Shown piece after piece: positions 46,398-55,249 of a DNA stretch of 61,984 nucleotides. Source of the DNA: an uncultured Spirochaetales bacterium. Lineage in GTDB: Bacteria > Spirochaetota > GWE2-31-10 > CAYYKD01. Numbering within the stretch: the first letter of the stretch is position 1; each line of letters starts with the position of its first letter. The notes below the pieces were generated by a model. That model did not search any database. It worked only from the letters and a program-made list of their open reading frames with translations, and was not told the origin of the DNA. Both the position numbers and the translations under genes were made by a program. The stretch covers positions 68,901 to 130,884 of the forward strand of contig CAYYKD010000002.1 in assembly GCA_964471825.1 (NCBI GenBank). The letters are read 5' to 3'.

Positions 46398-48004
46398 TGA
46401 GTTACACAACTAATAAATATTATATACCTGATATAGTTGAACATAAATTTATACCGATTAAAATATCAGTTGATATTAGCGAAATACCTGAACATAAGAA
46501 AAAGATAATCAAGGTTTTAATTGAAGCTGCTAAGCTGGTTGAAGAGCTGTATCTTTTTCAAAAGAATCCGGAAATACATCCTATTATTAACGAGTTTATC
46601 ACTAGAGGTGAAAATTCGGTTGTTTCATTTATTAAGATTATGGGTGGAATCAAAGATCATTTTAATGAAGATGCGATGTTTATTGATGGATCTACTGATT
46701 ATAAGTATGGGTCATTCTACCCCTCGGACATCACAATGGATGAGTGGGATAATTTTTATAAATTAAACAGTGACAAAAGTGATTTACTGACCTCACCTCA
46801 TACAGTCTTGATAAGATCCGGTAGCTCTTTAGAGATTGTTGATTATTCTGTCTATTATAAAGAATATCTTACAAAGATTTCTAAGCTTCTATCGGATGCT
46901 TCAGAGTTAGCTGATAACTATTCTTTAAAGTCTTATCTTTCATCACAGGCAGCCTCATTTTTAAATAACGACTTTGATGATGCCGATATAAGATGGTTAC
47001 AATTAGATGGCAATACCATAGAGCCTTTGATTGGAGCACATGAATATTATGATGATAAATTTCTAGGCTATAAGGCAAGTTTTACTGCATTTGTTTCAAT
47101 AAGAAGGGATGCGGAACATCAGAAGATGCTAATAATCAGAAAACATATTGATTTATTGCAAAATACACTACCTATTCCTGATCACTATAAGAAGTTTAAA
47201 AGAGGTTCAATCTCGCAAATTGCCATTTGTGATCTGATCTATTCTGCCGGAGATGGTAGGGTGCCGATTCATACTGCAGCATTTAATTTGCCAAATTCTC
47301 AAAAGATCCGATCTGAGTTTGGGTCAAAGAAGGTACTTCTCTATAATATTATGGAACATAAATTTAGATCTATATTATTATTGATTGGCGAGAGGGTTCT
47401 TTCTAATAATGATTTTGATCGTTTGACCTATAGTGCGTATTTCAATCTGATTTTATTGCATGAGATAAGCCATGAATTAGGAGTTGGATTTGTAAAGGAT
47501 GAGGATGGTGAACTTCATGAGATAAGTTTTTATTTAAAGGATCTATATACTATTATAGAAGAAGCAAAAGCTGATGTAATGAGTATCTATGGACTTGTCT
47601 TTTTTATAAAACAGGGTTTGATTATAGATTGCTCATTCACAGATGCAGTAACTACTTATATTACAGGGATTGTAAGGTCATTAAGGTTTGGAGATGATAA
47701 TGCACACTCTAAGGCAAATTTAATTCAATGGAATATCCTTATTAAAGATGGTGTTATTCTTCTTGATAGTGATACCGGTAGGTTGACATTTAATCTTCAT
47801 CGCTTTGAGAAGTCTATTGAGAAACTATTAGTTAAAATATTAACCCTTCAAGGCGAGGGTAATTACGATGTTACAGAAAAATTTATTAAACAGAATAGTG
47901 GTAATGATACACTTCTTGATTGTTTCATTAAAGATATTGAGGATGTTCCGGTTGATATTATACCATATTTTGACAATGCCGGTGAAACATCTCCATTTGA
48001 ATAG
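46397..48004 (+). CDS. Peptidase M49 (dipeptidyl peptidase III-like) zinc hydrolase, HEXXH variant
   Basis: LLHEISHELG and IEEAKAD zinc motifs; IGAHEYYDDKFLGYKASF, AFNLPNS..IR...GSKKV. TAATG overlap with hisE. Confidence 0.85.
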   Translation: MSYTTNKYYIPDIVEHKFIPIKISVDISEIPEHKKKIIKVLIEAAKLVEELYLFQKNPEIHPIINEFITRGENSVVSFIKIMGGIKDHFNEDAMFIDGSTDYKYGSFYPSDITMDEWDNFYKLNSDKSDLLTSPHTVLIRSGSSLEIVDYSVYYKEYLTKISKLLSDASELADNYSLKSYLSSQAASFLNNDFDDADIRWLQLDGNTIEPLIGAHEYYDDKFLGYKASFTAFVSIRRDAEHQKMLIIRKHIDLLQNTLPIPDHYKKFKRGSISQIAICDLIYSAGDGRVPIHTAAFNLPNSQKIRSEFGSKKVLLYNIMEHKFRSILLLIGERVLSNNDFDRLTYSAYFNLILLHEISHELGVGFVKDEDGELHEISFYLKDLYTIIEEAKADVMSIYGLVFFIKQGLIIDCSFTDAVTTYITGIVRSLRFGDDNAHSKANLIQWNILIKDGVILLDSDTGRLTFNLHRFEKSIEKLLVKILTLQGEGNYDVTEKFIKQNSGNDTLLDCFIKDIEDVPVDIIPYFDNAGETSPFE

Positions 48005-48112
48005 GGGTGGATTCTTCAGTCAGGCTTGTTAGTAATATTTTATAAATATTACTTGTTATTTATCTCAAACTGTTTTATATTTAACATATTCAATGTATGA
48101 TAGGAGTGGATT

Positions 48113-48523
48113 ATGGATGATAAACTTAAAGAGTCCTTAGATAAGGCAGTTAATAGTGGAAAAAATGCAGCTGAGAATATAAAAAACATATCAAAGATCG
48201 TTACAAAACAGATGGCTGAACAATCAAAGGCACAGGGCGATGATCTTAGAAAGTCATCTGCAGTAGTATTTAAGGATATTGTAAACTCATTAGGAGAGTT
48301 AGGTAAAGGCTCAGTAGATTATATTAAGGCAGTCGGACATGGGATTCATGAAGGTCTAAAAGAGTCTGGGGCTGAGGATAACAATCTTCTTAAATCTACA
48401 GGTGATACAATTATTGAAGGATTGAAAGGTCTAGGTGAAGCCGGATTATTTGTAACAAAAGAGACTGTAAAAAGTGTCTCAGGAAGTATCAAAAACATAT
48501 TTAACAATAAAAAAGACTCTTAG
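48113..48523 (+). CDS. Hypothetical amphipathic helical protein (136 aa)
   Basis: RBS AGGAGTGG; Lys/Gly/Ser-rich helical repeats (GELGKG, EGLKES, EGLKGLGE). Confidence 0.7.
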   Translation: MDDKLKESLDKAVNSGKNAAENIKNISKIVTKQMAEQSKAQGDDLRKSSAVVFKDIVNSLGELGKGSVDYIKAVGHGIHEGLKESGAEDNNLLKSTGDTIIEGLKGLGEAGLFVTKETVKSVSGSIKNIFNNKKDS

Positions 48524-48553
48524 TAGAAACTTAAAATTGTAACAGAGAGAAAA

Positions 48554-49396
48554 ATGGATCCATCTATTGAGCAAATAGACCCAAAAAGAAAAGCTGATTT
48601 TTTGAGTAACTATAAGAGAATTGAAGATTTTTTTGTCCTAAAATCCAGACATTTGGAAAAATACAAGAATCTATCTATAGAAGAGATATTAAACGATGCA
48701 CCAAAGCATTATTCGTGGATTAGAGTAGTTGAACAGGTAAATTGTTTTATATTTAATGATAAGAATTGGCTTATAACATTTGTAAAGAAGAACAATATAC
48801 AATTTGATCTTGATGCTTATAGGTTGTGGAAGTCCGGTAAAAACTATTATAAAGAAACATATGATGCAACAAAATCACCGACTAAATGGATAGTTAGTAT
48901 ACAGGATACATTATTTGAAATAGTTAAGTCACTTCAGATATTACTTATGATGGAGTTGCACATCAATGAAGAGGATTATAAACAATTCTTGCGTAGAAAT
49001 CCTGTAATCGAATATGAGGTAAGGGCAAACTATAAGATCAAGTCACCTCCATCTGAAAATATCAATGAGTTTTTTAAGCTTCTTGATAAATTACTTGAAT
49101 TAAGCATGAAGTATGATTTTAACACCTCATTGTTATGCGATACATTTGTTTGTATGCAGGCATATCGTGAAATTGATAATTCTAAAATTTTTGATCTCTT
49201 AGTTAAGAAAGAGTTCTATATAAAGTACCACGCGAAATACCTTAAGATGACTCAGGATAAGAGAAATCTAATTCCACATGAAAATGATCTTCTTCTAGCT
49301 GCCGATGAGTTTTGTGTTCTATATACCGACCTACAGGTAGCTTATACACAATACAAATCAAGACTTATTGAAAAATATAATAAAGTAAAAAAATAG
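48554..49396 (+). CDS. Hypothetical protein (280 aa)
   Basis: Long ORF with normal composition, followed by a terminator; no recognised domain. Confidence 0.7.
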   Translation: MDPSIEQIDPKRKADFLSNYKRIEDFFVLKSRHLEKYKNLSIEEILNDAPKHYSWIRVVEQVNCFIFNDKNWLITFVKKNNIQFDLDAYRLWKSGKNYYKETYDATKSPTKWIVSIQDTLFEIVKSLQILLMMELHINEEDYKQFLRRNPVIEYEVRANYKIKSPPSENINEFFKLLDKLLELSMKYDFNTSLLCDTFVCMQAYREIDNSKIFDLLVKKEFYIKYHAKYLKMTQDKRNLIPHENDLLLAADEFCVLYTDLQVAYTQYKSRLIEKYNKVKK

Positions 49397-49444
49397 ATTA
49401 TGCAGGATTATTAGAAGTAATGAGAGCTAGATTAATAAATAAAA

Positions 49445-49465
49445 AGAGGAGCTATTAACTCCTCT
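49445..49465. terminator. Bidirectional rho-independent terminator
   Basis: AGAGGAG-CTATTAA-CTCCTCT stem with an A tract on the left and a T-rich right flank, between convergent genes. Confidence 0.7.
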
Positions 49466-49493
49466 CCTTTTCGAATATATTTCAAAAATAATT

Positions 49494-49844
49494 TTAGTAA
49501 GATCTTCTGTTGTCGTCTCTAGAAAAGCCGCCTCTTCCACCGCCGCCACCGTTTCGGTTGTTACTAAAAGTTCTTCCGCCACCTCTGTTGCCTTCTTCGA
49601 TAGGCTTAGCGATATTAACTTTTAATTTTCTACCATCAACATCAGCTTCATGAAGTTCTTGAATTGCTTTGTTAGCATCTTCTTCGTTCTCCATTTCAAC
49701 GAAACCAAAACCTCTCGATCTTTTTGTTTCCCTGTCAATAATAACTCTTGTTGACAAAACTTCCCCATACGGGCTAAAAACTTCTCGCAATGACTCTTCA
49801 TTGTGTTGGTAAGGAAGGTTCCCTACATAAATGTTCACAGACAT
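49494..49844 (-). CDS. RRM (RNP-1) RNA-binding protein with Gly/Arg-rich tail
   Basis: RNP2 IYVGNL, RNP1 RGFGFVEM, GRKLKVN.AKP. Confidence 0.95.
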   Translation of the reverse strand: MSVNIYVGNLPYQHNEESLREVFSPYGEVLSTRVIIDRETKRSRGFGFVEMENEEDANKAIQELHEADVDGRKLKVNIAKPIEEGNRGGGRTFSNNRNGGGGGRGGFSRDDNRRSY

Positions 49845-49982
49845 AAATACTCCTAAGAAAAATAATGCAAATCGGACTTGTTTCCAATTAACAAATATAC
49901 AATAGTATATTTTTATGAAGAAATCAATATAAATTTATAAATATCTTTAAATATTTTTATAAATTTATAAAAAAAGCCAAAT

Positions 49983-50414
49983 CTATATAGATTTTAAAGA
50001 ATCTGTAGTTAAGGTTTGAACATTATTTGATTCTAAAACCTTACATGCACCATTAACATCATTAGTTTTTGCTGCCACGAATGCTTTATTACCCTTTTTC
50101 TCCACGAATGCATATATATATTCAATATTAATGTTATTATTTGAAAGAATTTTTAGTACCTTGCCGATTCCTCCGGGTGTGTCATCTACTTCAAAACCAA
50201 CAACTTCAGTTTCCTGGGCGACGATTTGATTTTCTTTTAGCACCTTTACACACTGATCCGGATTATTAACTATAATGCGAAGAATTCCGAATTCACCTGT
50301 TTCAGCAAGGGACAAGGCTCTAATGTTGATGTTATTTTTTTCTAGTATGTCCGTAACTAGTGATAATCTCCCCTGTTTGTTCTCTATGAATATAGAAATT
50401 TGTTTAATTGACAT
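49983..50414 (-). CDS. Tandem ACT-domain protein
   Basis: KQISIFIENKQGRL...NINIRALSLAET.EFGILRII and DDTPGG...NINIEYIYAF. Confidence 0.92.
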   Translation of the reverse strand: MSIKQISIFIENKQGRLSLVTDILEKNNINIRALSLAETGEFGILRIIVNNPDQCVKVLKENQIVAQETEVVGFEVDDTPGGIGKVLKILSNNNINIEYIYAFVEKKGNKAFVAAKTNDVNGACKVLESNNVQTLTTDSLKSI

Positions 50415-50437
50415 ATAATCCCCCTTTTTTCATAATT

Positions 50438-51739
50438 CTATTTTAGATCTCTCTTATCAATTATTCTTTTTGCTTTTCCTTCACTTCTCTGTATTGTTTT
50501 TGGTTCAACGAGCTTAACCTTAGTATGAATATTTAAAGTACCGTAGAGTTTGGTTTCAATTTGTTTCTCTGTTTCCTCAAGTACCTTAATTTCATCGGAA
50601 AATAGTCTGTCATTCATCTCAACTTGTACTTCCAGATAATCAAGATGACCTTTTTTGTCGACAACAAGTTGATAATGAGGCTCGATACCTTCAAACTTTA
50701 ATAGCACCTCTTCGATCTGTGATGGAAATACATTAACACCTCTAATTATCAGCATATCATCAGATCTGCCAAGAAGTCTGTGCATTCTAACTAATGTTCT
50801 TCCACACTCGCATTTAGATCGATCAAGATAGGTAATATCGCGTGTACGATATCTTAGAATTGGCGTTCCTTCTTTTGTTAAAGTAGTAATAACCAGTTCA
50901 CCCTTACTTCCCTCAGGAAGAACCTCTTCTGTTTCAGGGTCGATAATTTCAGGATAAAAATGATCCTCAAAGAAGTGGAGCATATTTTGTTCTTCACATT
51001 CTGCTGCAACTCCGGGGCCAATTATCTCTGTTAATCCGTATATATCATAGGCCTTAATACCAAGATTAGCTTCGATCTCTTTTCTCATAGTCTCAGACCA
51101 CGGTTCAGCTCCAAAAAACCCGGCTTTGAGGCTACTTTTTCGTATATCAAACCCTTGGTCTTTTGCTATCTCAGCAAGGTATAATGAGTAAGATGGAGTA
51201 CAGGTTATTGCTGTCGGTTTAAAATCTTTCATAATCTCTAACTGTCTTGCTGTGTTGCCTGCTGATATTGGGATTATACATGCACCTATTCTTCTAGTCC
51301 CATAGTGTACGCCAAGCCCGCCTGTAAATAATCCATAGCCGTATCCATTTTGTACAATGTCATTTTCTGTTACTCCACCCATGGATAGAGTTCTAGCCAT
51401 TACTTCAGACCAGATATCAATGTCTTTTTGGGTGTATGCATCAACTACCGGTTTACCTGTAGTTCCGCTTGAGGTGTGAATTTCAACAAATTTATTGTGG
51501 CTTACGGCGGCAAGACCCAGAGGATACACATCTCTAAGTTCATATTTTGTTGTTAAAGGGAGTTTTGAAATGTCATCAATACTCTTGATGTCAGATGGTT
51601 TGATGTTTTTTTTGTCCATTTTATCTTTGTAGAATGGTACGGTTGCATATAAATTTTCAACAAGCTTAACAAGGTTGGAACCTTGAATTTTTCGCATCTC
51701 TGAAGGGTCCATTGTTTCATTTTTACTATCCCAGATCAT
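50438..51739 (-). CDS. paaK: Phenylacetate-CoA ligase family protein
   Basis: [49 protein letters not shown] and [20 protein letters not shown]. Confidence 0.92.
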   Translation of the reverse strand: MIWDSKNETMDPSEMRKIQGSNLVKLVENLYATVPFYKDKMDKKNIKPSDIKSIDDISKLPLTTKYELRDVYPLGLAAVSHNKFVEIHTSSGTTGKPVVDAYTQKDIDIWSEVMARTLSMGGVTENDIVQNGYGYGLFTGGLGVHYGTRRIGACIIPISAGNTARQLEIMKDFKPTAITCTPSYSLYLAEIAKDQGFDIRKSSLKAGFFGAEPWSETMRKEIEANLGIKAYDIYGLTEIIGPGVAAECEEQNMLHFFEDHFYPEIIDPETEEVLPEGSKGELVITTLTKEGTPILRYRTRDITYLDRSKCECGRTLVRMHRLLGRSDDMLIIRGVNVFPSQIEEVLLKFEGIEPHYQLVVDKKGHLDYLEVQVEMNDRLFSDEIKVLEETEKQIETKLYGTLNIHTKVKLVEPKTIQRSEGKAKRIIDKRDLK

Positions 51740-51748
51740 TATCCGCTC

Positions 51749-53629
51749 CTACTCAATAATTAAAATATCATCTATATTTATTTTTTTAAAGAAACCTTGT
51801 TCAGATAATAAAACTTCTGAAATATTTTCATCAAGTTTAATTATTGTAGCATATCCTTTTATATCTTCTTTGTTATATATAAATCTCGATCTTTTGAATT
51901 CAATCGGATAATTTTTATTTTGAATAACCAGAAGACGGTCTTTTAATTTGAGGTTGTTATATCTGCCGGCATTAATTATTGCTCTATTGTTTGATATTTT
52001 TACAATCTTACTTCTGAAGGGGATAAATTTAGCAAATTCAGCAGCCAGGTTCTTGGCACTTAAGACAACTCTATTGTTTCCTTGTCTCATAGCAGAGTGT
52101 TCAACAATCTGTTCAAAATTGACCCTGTTGTATAACTTTATTTTTAAATTAACAGAATTATCATTCTCTGTTGCAAAAAAATCAATATAAAATGGGCATG
52201 AGTTTTCGGATGCAATAATTGCTTTTTCCTGTCGGGTGTATTCTTTTTCATCGAATAACTCTACAATAAAACCGGGATAATCAATAGAGGCAGTCTTAAA
52301 TATTGACGCTGCGTAACTCTCAAATCTAAAGTGTCTGTTATTTATATCATAGTTTATAAATAGAGGTATAGTGTAGATAGTATTAGGTGTTCTGTATTGG
52401 TTTAATCCCCAACTGTCCCCAAGCTTGTATGATATTCGAGTGGATTCAACTTCTATTTTGTCTTTAATATTTTTATCATTAGTATATTGACTTGCTATCT
52501 TTAATTCATTGATATATCTTTCGGGATATTTTTTTGATAAATAGTAATTAGCTAATTCGATTCGAGGTATAACGCCTGATGGATTAATCCTTAATGATTC
52601 TTTAAGATAGTAAAGATACAGATCGAAGTTTGCACTTTTTTTGTTCGACATTGCAAAATCATAGTAATATTCTCCTCTGTCAAGTATACTTCTATTAGTA
52701 ATTTGTAGATTATCAATAATCAGTATGTCGTACAATCGGGCAACGATTTCATTATCACTTCTTAGGTTTAGGCTTTTTTTTAGAGCCTCTATAGCTTTTT
52801 GGAAATTTCCCTGCATATTGTAACATATTCCGATATGATAGAAAATTAAGTAATCTGATTCTTTATTGAGAAGACCTCTAAAAATATTTAGTGATTCATC
52901 AGGCCTGTTGAGAACAAGGAGAACCTTAGCATACATAGTGTTGTATATGTCCCTTTTAGATATTTTTAAAGCTGTCTGAATCATTTCAAGGGATTTGTGA
53001 TAGTTCTTTGTCTTGTAGAGAAATATTGCATAATCATAGAATGCGTCTGAGTTTAAAGAGTTGAATTTAATGTTATACTCATAATATTCATTTGCTTTTT
53101 TTTGATCAATTTTTTCGAAATACTTAGCCAAGAGCATATTTGCTTTATAATTCTTAAGGTCTCCGCTTAAGACTTCATCAATTGTTCTTTTGGCAAGGTG
53201 CGACTTACCTGATGAAAGATATATATCTGCAAGTCCATTTCGAGCTGAGTTATTTAGCGGGTCATACTGAAGAATTTCACGATACTTTGACTCTGCATCT
53301 GTGAACCTCCCTAGTTTTGACTCTATATCAGCTGTAAAAAGAAGAGTTTCATAATTATTTTTTGCAAGTTTCAAGGCACGATTTATGTATATGAAGGCAT
53401 AGTTATATTCCCCGTTTAAATAATATATTTCTGCAAGAAGTTTTATCGGCTCCTCGAAGTTCGGGTTAATATTTAGAGATTCTTTCAGTGATATTATAGC
53501 ATTATTGTATTCTTCAAGAAAATAGTACTTCCTTGCTTCATTATACCAGTCAATAGCACTTTTTGAATATAAACAGGTTAGTGAAAATAAAATCAGAATT
53601 AATAAAAATGTTCCCCTGTATTGCCGCAT
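51749..53629 (-). CDS. Secreted TPR protein with C-terminal beta domain
   Basis: Signal peptide; multiple TPRs (A...LKESL.INPNF, A..KYREIL.YDP.N, A.EALKKSL.L). Confidence 0.8.
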   Translation of the reverse strand: MRQYRGTFLLILILFSLTCLYSKSAIDWYNEARKYYFLEEYNNAIISLKESLNINPNFEEPIKLLAEIYYLNGEYNYAFIYINRALKLAKNNYETLLFTADIESKLGRFTDAESKYREILQYDPLNNSARNGLADIYLSSGKSHLAKRTIDEVLSGDLKNYKANMLLAKYFEKIDQKKANEYYEYNIKFNSLNSDAFYDYAIFLYKTKNYHKSLEMIQTALKISKRDIYNTMYAKVLLVLNRPDESLNIFRGLLNKESDYLIFYHIGICYNMQGNFQKAIEALKKSLNLRSDNEIVARLYDILIIDNLQITNRSILDRGEYYYDFAMSNKKSANFDLYLYYLKESLRINPSGVIPRIELANYYLSKKYPERYINELKIASQYTNDKNIKDKIEVESTRISYKLGDSWGLNQYRTPNTIYTIPLFINYDINNRHFRFESYAASIFKTASIDYPGFIVELFDEKEYTRQEKAIIASENSCPFYIDFFATENDNSVNLKIKLYNRVNFEQIVEHSAMRQGNNRVVLSAKNLAAEFAKFIPFRSKIVKISNNRAIINAGRYNNLKLKDRLLVIQNKNYPIEFKRSRFIYNKEDIKGYATIIKLDENISEVLLSEQGFFKKINIDDILIIE

Positions 53630-53647
53630 AGTTTTCCTTTATATCTT

Positions 53648-53960
53648 GAGGCTCCCCAAAAAAAATCCCTTCAGTTTTTCATCGCTCCCTTTATGATTTT
53701 AATGGTAGCGATACGAGTGCTTGATCTTTTATTTGTAAAACGAAAGTCAAATCGTGGTAAAATATAAACAGGATGTCGTCGGTCAACCAAATGCGTTAAG
53801 GATGACATTGCATTTGCCTTGTTTGTCCTGGACATCGGACGAACATAAGCCGGTGCATACTCAAAATTAAGAAATAATGCTGCTTTTTTTTTACACACTT
53901 TCACAGATTTACCATAAAAAATACTTCACAAAAATTGAAATTTATTTTTGAAAGAGCCTC
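53648..53960 (-). mobile_element. Long (313 bp) copy of the 19106 MITE family with two internal hairpin insertions
   Basis: The reverse strand begins GAGGCTCTTTCAAAAATAAATTTCAATTTTTGTGAAG, shares TTGAGTAT, ACAAATAAAAGATCAAGCA and AAAAACTGAAGGGATTTTT with the 19106 copy, and ends GAGCCTC. Confidence 0.78.
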
Positions 53961-53976
53961 CTATAGTTCTATAGTT

Positions 53977-54780
53977 CTAATTATTATTAGTGTCGATTTC
54001 CAACTTAATTGCCTTAATATTTCTTCCTGTTATTGACTCTATAGTAAAGTTTAGATTGTTATAACTTACCTTTTCTCCCTTTAAAGGGATTTTACCAAAG
54101 AGCATAAACATTAAACCGCCTAGAGTGTCAATCTCTTCTACTGTCAGATTTGTTGCAAGCTGATCATTCATTTCTTCTATGGTTAATCTTGGATTGATAA
54201 TAAATGTGTTTTCTGAGACAGTAATAATATCATCAATTTCATTATCAAATTCATCTTGAATATCCCCTATGATTTTTTCTACAATGTCCTCTAGAGTAAT
54301 AATTCCTGACATACCGCCATATTCATCGACGACAATTGCCATGTGGCTTTTTCTCTCTCTGAGCTCAATTAAAAGTGTACTTATATACTTCGTCTCAGGT
54401 ACAAAAAATGCAGGTCTGAACTCATTCTGAAGTATAAAACCGTTTGGTGCAGACAACGACTTTAGTAGATCTTTTGTGTGCAAAATCCCGATAATATTAT
54501 CAATCTTTTCATCATACACGGGGAGTCTTGAAAATATTTTTGCTGATAGCATATTTAGGATATCTTCAAGTTTTGAGTCCTTAGAAATACTGGTAACATC
54601 TACCCTGGGAACCATTATCTCTTTAACTGTAAACTCTTTTAAGTCAACAATATTTTTGATCATTTTTATATCATTGTGATCAAGTAAACCCCTTTTTTCA
54701 AGATCTCTAATCGACCTGTGAAGAGGATTTTCTTTATTTCGTAATTTTTTAATCTTCTGTAATATTCTATTCAATCTCAA
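53977..54780 (-). CDS. CBS-pair/CorC-HlyC domain protein (hemolysin C/CorC family)
   Basis: VKEIMVPRVD, SRLPVYDEKIDNIIGILHTKD, HMAIVVDEYGG.SGIITLEDIVE.I.GDI.DE.D and DTLGG. Confidence 0.92.
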   Translation of the reverse strand: MRLNRILQKIKKLRNKENPLHRSIRDLEKRGLLDHNDIKMIKNIVDLKEFTVKEIMVPRVDVTSISKDSKLEDILNMLSAKIFSRLPVYDEKIDNIIGILHTKDLLKSLSAPNGFILQNEFRPAFFVPETKYISTLLIELRERKSHMAIVVDEYGGMSGIITLEDIVEKIIGDIQDEFDNEIDDIITVSENTFIINPRLTIEEMNDQLATNLTVEEIDTLGGLMFMLFGKIPLKGEKVSYNNLNFTIESITGRNIKAIKLEIDTNNN

Positions 54781-55249
54781 CTCCGGTTAGTTTTTTGTAA
54801 ATTCCATTCTCCATGATTGCCATCTCTCCGCTGTTTTCTTCATCATGATCATAACCTAAAAGATGAAGTGTTCCGTGAAGAGATAGAAAAAAAATCTCAT
54901 CTTGCAGTGATATTTTTCTTTCATTTGATTGCTCTAATGCTTTATCGACTGATATGATGATATCACCTAAAAAACCGTTTTTTACTGCAAATTCAAATTC
55001 ATTATTTGAGCTTTCCAGTTGATCAAAAGATAACACATCAGTAGGTTTGTCGATCCCACGATATTGTTGATTTAAATTCATTATAGTATCGTTGCTGCAA
55101 AAAAAAAGCGATAGTGATACACCTTTTTGTTTAAGCTCTTTTAAAACTTTTTTTATCCAACTTACAACTTTTTGCTTACTTATTATAGTATTGTATGAAA
55201 TGTCTTCAAAGTCAATTAAAATTTCAGTTCTTTTGAATATTTGTTTCAT
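54767..55249 (-). CDS. ybeY: rRNA maturation endoribonuclease YbeY
   Basis: LNQQYRGIDKPTDVLSF, LGDIIIS and HGTLHLLGYDH. Confidence 0.95.
   Translation of the reverse strand: MKQIFKRTEILIDFEDISYNTIISKQKVVSWIKKVLKELKQKGVSLSLFFCSNDTIMNLNQQYRGIDKPTDVLSFDQLESSNNEFEFAVKNGFLGDIIISVDKALEQSNERKISLQDEIFFLSLHGTLHLLGYDHDEENSGEMAIMENGIYKKLTGVEIE

Noticed and set aside
49983-51739. paaK-like ligase plus ACT protein as an aromatic catabolism island
   Set aside because: This pair is common in anaerobes, and no other paa genes are present.
53671-53904. 77-aa ORF on the minus strand in the ORF track
   Set aside because: It lies entirely inside the 53648-53960 MITE-like repeat, has no RBS or recognisable domain, and is most likely spurious.
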